A stretch of DNA of 64,000 nucleotides, taken from positions 15,872,001 through 15,936,000 of the forward strand of contig NC_086097.1 in assembly GCF_963921235.1 (NCBI RefSeq), given 5' to 3'. How positions within the stretch are numbered: the stretch's first letter is position 1; every line of letters begins with the position of its first letter. The position numbers and the translations under genes were made by a program. Positions 60,040 to 64,000 of the stretch are shown here, one piece after another. Below the pieces are notes generated by a model. That model was not told the origin of the DNA. It saw nothing but the letters and a program-made list of their open reading frames with translations, and made no database searches. Source of the stretch: Mobula hypostoma (lineage: Eukaryota).

Positions 60040-63000
60040 TGGAACTTAACTCAGTACTCCACGTGGGGTCTGACCAGGGTCCTATATAGCTATAACATTA
60101 CCTCTCGGCTCTTAATCTCAATCCCATGGTTGATGAAGGCCAATGCACCGTATGCCTTCTTAACCACAGAGTCAACCTACGCAGCAGCTTTGAGTGTCCT
60201 ATGTACTCCGACCCTAAGAATCCTCCGATCCTCCACACTGCCAAGAGTCTGACCATTAATACTATATTCTGCCATCATATTTGACCTACCAAAGTGTACC
60301 ACTTTACAGTTACATATCTGGGTTGAACTCCATCTGTCACTTCTCAGCCTAGTTTGGCATCCTATCAATGTCCCGCTGTAACCTCTGACAGCCCTCCACA
60401 CTATCCACAACACCCCCAACCTTTGTGTCAGAAAGTTTACTAACCCATCCCTCCACTTCCTCATTCAGGTCATTTATAAAATTCACGAAGAGAAGGAGTC
60501 CCAGAACAGATCCCAGAGGCAAATCACTGGTCACCGACCTCCATGCAGAATATGACCCGTCTGCAACCACTCTTTGCCTTCTGTGCACAAGCCAATGGAT
60601 CCACAAAGCAATGTCCCCTTGGATCCCATGCCTCCTTACTTTTTCAATAAGCCTTGCATGAGGTACCTTATCAAATGCCTGGCTGAAATCCATATACACT
60701 ACATCTACTGCTCTTCTTTCATGAATGTGTTTAGTCACATCTTCAAAAAATTCAATCAGGCTCGTAAGACACGACCTGCCTTTGATAAAGCCATGCTGAC
60801 TATTCCTAATCATATTATGTCTCTCCAAATATTCATAAATCCTGCCTCTCAGGATCTTTTCCATCAACTTACCAACCACTGAAGTAGGACTCACTGGCTA
60901 TAATTTCCTGGGCTATCTACTCCCTTTCTTTAATAAGGGAACAACATCTGCAACCCTCCAGTCCTCTGGAACCTCTCCCATCCCCATTGATGATGATGCA
61001 AAGATCATTGCCAGATGTCCAGCAATCTCCTCCCTCGCCTCCCACAGTAGCCCGGAGGACATCTCGTCCATCCCAGAGACTTATCTAACTTGATGCTTTC
61101 CAAAAGCTCCAGTACATCTTCTTTCATAATGTCTGTATGCTCAAGCTTTTCAATCCACTGTAAGTCATCCCTACAATTGCCAAGATCCTTTTCTGTAGTG
61201 AATACAGAAGCAAAGTATTCGTTAAGTATCTGTGCTATCTCCTCCAGTTCCGTACACACTTTTCCACTGTCACACTTGATTGGTCCTATTCTCTCACATC
61301 TTATCCTCTTGCCCTTCACATACTTGTAGAATGCCTTGGGGTTTTCCTTAATCCTGCTCGCCAAAGGCCTTCTCATGGCCCCTTCCGGCTCTCCTGATTT
61401 AATTTTTAAGCTCCTTCCTGCTAGCCTTATAACCTTCTAGATCTCTATCATTACCTAGCTTTCTGAACCTTTCGTAATCTTTTCCTTTCTTCCTGACTAG
61501 ATTTTCAACAACCTTTATACACCGTGGTTCCTGTACCCTACCATCCTTTTCCTGTCTCATTGGAATGTACCTGTGCAGAACACCACACAAATATCTCCTG
61601 AACATTTGCCACATTTCTGCCGTACATTTCCCTGAGAACATCTGTTCCTAATTTATGCTTCTAAGCTCCTGCCTGATAACTTCATATTTCCCCTTACTCC
61701 AATTAAATGCTTTCCTAACTTTCTGTTCCTATCCCCCTCCAATGCTATTGTAAAGGTATAGAATTGTGATCACTATCTCCAAAATGCTCTCCCACTGAGA
61801 GATGTGACACCTGACCAGGTTCATTTCCCAATACCAGATCAAGTACAGCCTCTCTTCTCTAGATTATGAGAACACTCAGTCCTCTTTTATTGTCATTAGA
61901 AATGCATACATGCATTAAGAAATGATACAATGTTTCCCCGGAGTGATATCACGGAAAACAGGATAAACCAAAGACTAACACTGACAGAACCACATAATTA
62001 TAACATATAGTTACAACAGTGCAAAGCAATACCATAATTTGATGAAGAACAAACCATGGGCACGGTAAAAATATTCTCAAAGTCCCCGAGTCCATCGACT
62101 CCTGAGTCCCCAATAGCAGGCGGCAAAAGAGAGAAACTCCCTGCCATAAACCTCCAGGCACCGTCAACTTGCCGATGCCTTGGAAGCAGCCAACCACAGC
62201 CGACACCAAGTCCATCCATCCGAAAACTTTGAGCCTCCGACCAGCCTCTCTGATACAGCCTCCCGAGCGCCATCCTCTGCTGAGCGCCTTCAACCTAGCC
62301 CCGGCCGCTGAAACAAGCAAAGCCAAGGATTCAGGGCCTTCTGCTCCGGAGATTCCGGTTACCACACAATAGCAGCGGCAGTGAAACGGGCATTTCAGAA
62401 GTTTTCCAGATGTTCCTTCGTACTCTCACGTCATCTCCGTCAAATCAGAATCGTGCACGGTCCCCTACTTGACAGATAACAGATGTTCATCAACGGAGAG
62501 GCCGCACGCACTGCCGTCGCACCACCATCTTCTCCTCCTCTTGTAGGCTTATCTACATATTGTGTCAGGAAACCTTCCTGAACACACCTAACAAACTCCA
62601 CCCCATCTAAATCCCTTGCTCTAGGGAGATGCCAATCAATATTTGGGAAATAAAAATCTCCCACCACGACAACCCTGTTATTATTACACCTTTCCAGAAT
62701 CTGTTTCCCTATCTGCTCCTTGATGTCCCTGTTACTATTGGGTGGTCTATAAAAAACACCCAGTAGAGTTGCTTACCCCTTCCTGTTTCTAACTTCCACC
62801 CACAGAGTAGACAAACACTCCATGACTTCCTCCTTTTCTGCAGCCATGACACTATCTCTGATCAGCAGTGCCACTCCCCCACCTCTTTTACCTCCTTCCC
62901 TGTCCTTTCTGAAACATCTAAAGCCTGGCACTCTAAGTAACCATTCCTGCCCCTGAGCCATCCAAGTCTCTGTAATGGCCACAACACAACTCCAAGTACT

Positions 63001-64000
63001 AATCCACGCTCTAAGCTCATCCGTTTTGTTCGTGATCTTCTTGCATTAAAATAGACACATTTCAAACCAAATGTCTGAGCGTATCCCTTCTTTATCACCT
63101 GCCTATCCTCCCTCTTGCACTGTCTCCAAGCTTTCTCTATTTGTGAGCAAACAGACCCTTCCTCTGTCTCTTCAGTTCGGTTCCCACCGTCCAGCAATTC
63201 TAGTTTAAACTCTCCCCAATAGCCTTAGCAAACCTCCCTGCCAGGATATTGGTCCCCCTTGGATTCAAGTGCAACCCTTCCTTTTTGTATAGGTCATGCC
63301 TGCCCCAAAAGAGGTCCCAATGATCCAGAAACCTGAATCCCTGTTCCCTGCTCCAATCCCTCAGCCACACATTTATCCTCCACCTCACCCTATTCCTATA
63401 CTCACAGTTGCGTGTCATAGGCAGTAATCCCGAGATTACTACCTTTGAGGTCCTGCTTCTCAATCCCCTGTAGTCTGTTTTCAGGACCTCCTCCCTTTTC
63501 CTACCTATGTTGTTGGTACCAATATGTTCCATGACCTCTGGCTGTTCACCTTCCCACCCCAGGATATCACGGACGTGATCAGAAACATCCTGGATCCTAG
63601 CACCTGGGAGGCAAAGAACCATCTGTGTTTCTTTCCTACATCCACAGAATCGCCTGTCCGACCCCCTAACTATAGAGTCCCCTATTACTGCTGCCTTCTT
63701 TCTTTCCCTACCCTTCTGAGCCACAGGGCCAGACTCTGTGCCAGAGGCACGTCCACTGTTGCTTCCCCCAGATAGTTCATTCCCCCCCCCCCGACAGTAC
63801 TTAAACAGGAATACTTATTGTTAAGGGGGACAGCCACAGGGGTACTCTCTAGTATCTGACTCTTGCCCTTCCCTCTCCTGACTGTTACCCACTTACCTGT
63901 CTCCCGAGGCTCCAGAGTGGCTACCTGCCTATAGCGCCTCTCTTGCCTCACTCTCTCTGACCAGCCAAAGGTCATCGAACTGCAGCTCCAGTTCCCTAAT
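60040..64000 (-). mobile_element. Long CR1-clade LINE: ORF1 with SGNH-esterase-like domain and degenerate ORF2; continues beyond the window
   Basis: ORF 63200-63724 'VIGDSIVRG...CLPGA...HIGTNN...GLHLN'. Endonuclease 'AITETW', 'GDF.FPNIDW'. RT 'SQHGFIKGRSCLT', 'YMDFS.AFDKVPH'. Confidence 0.93.
61861..62531 (-). mobile_element. ~670 bp non-coding retroposon inserted in the CR1
   Basis: CR1 resumes in register on both sides with ctc(c/t)tct duplicated. On the minus strand it begins GAAGATGGTGGTGCG and ends GACAATAAAA...ATAATCT (Rex1-like tail). Confidence 0.7.

Noticed and set aside
55600..60040. Exons of a downstream neighbouring gene
   Set aside because: I found no recognisable coding exon on either strand, though short exons could be missed by eye.
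63200..63724. Host SGNH/GDSL esterase gene
   Set aside because: It lies directly upstream of CR1 endonuclease/RT remnants. An esterase-like ORF1 is a known feature of some CR1-clade LINEs.

Overview
Vertebrate genomic DNA, very likely from a cartilaginous fish (shark or ray; inferred from the repeat repertoire of CR1/HER1-type LINEs, V-domain SINEs, Penelope-like and Rex1-like elements). The one host gene I can support is TC2N (tandem C2 domains, nuclear) on the + strand. Its last eight coding exons (1057-53001) have canonical AG/GT sites and compatible phases, and end in C2A, C2B, a WHxL motif and TGA. The 5' exons lie upstream of the window. Almost everything else is transposon-derived and often nested. 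The most notable structure is a set of Penelope-like (PLE) insertions with 11-15 bp target-site duplications (TSDs). They form head-to-head inverted repeats from ~190 bp to 2.5 kb and carry minimal type-I hammerhead ribozyme motifs, some on the TC2N pre-mRNA strand. PLE hammerheads are a known phenomenon. The possibly new aspect is that some are sequestered in hairpins and one is left exposed inside a host intron. Family names come from recalled motifs rather than database searches, and repeat boundaries without TSDs are approximate.
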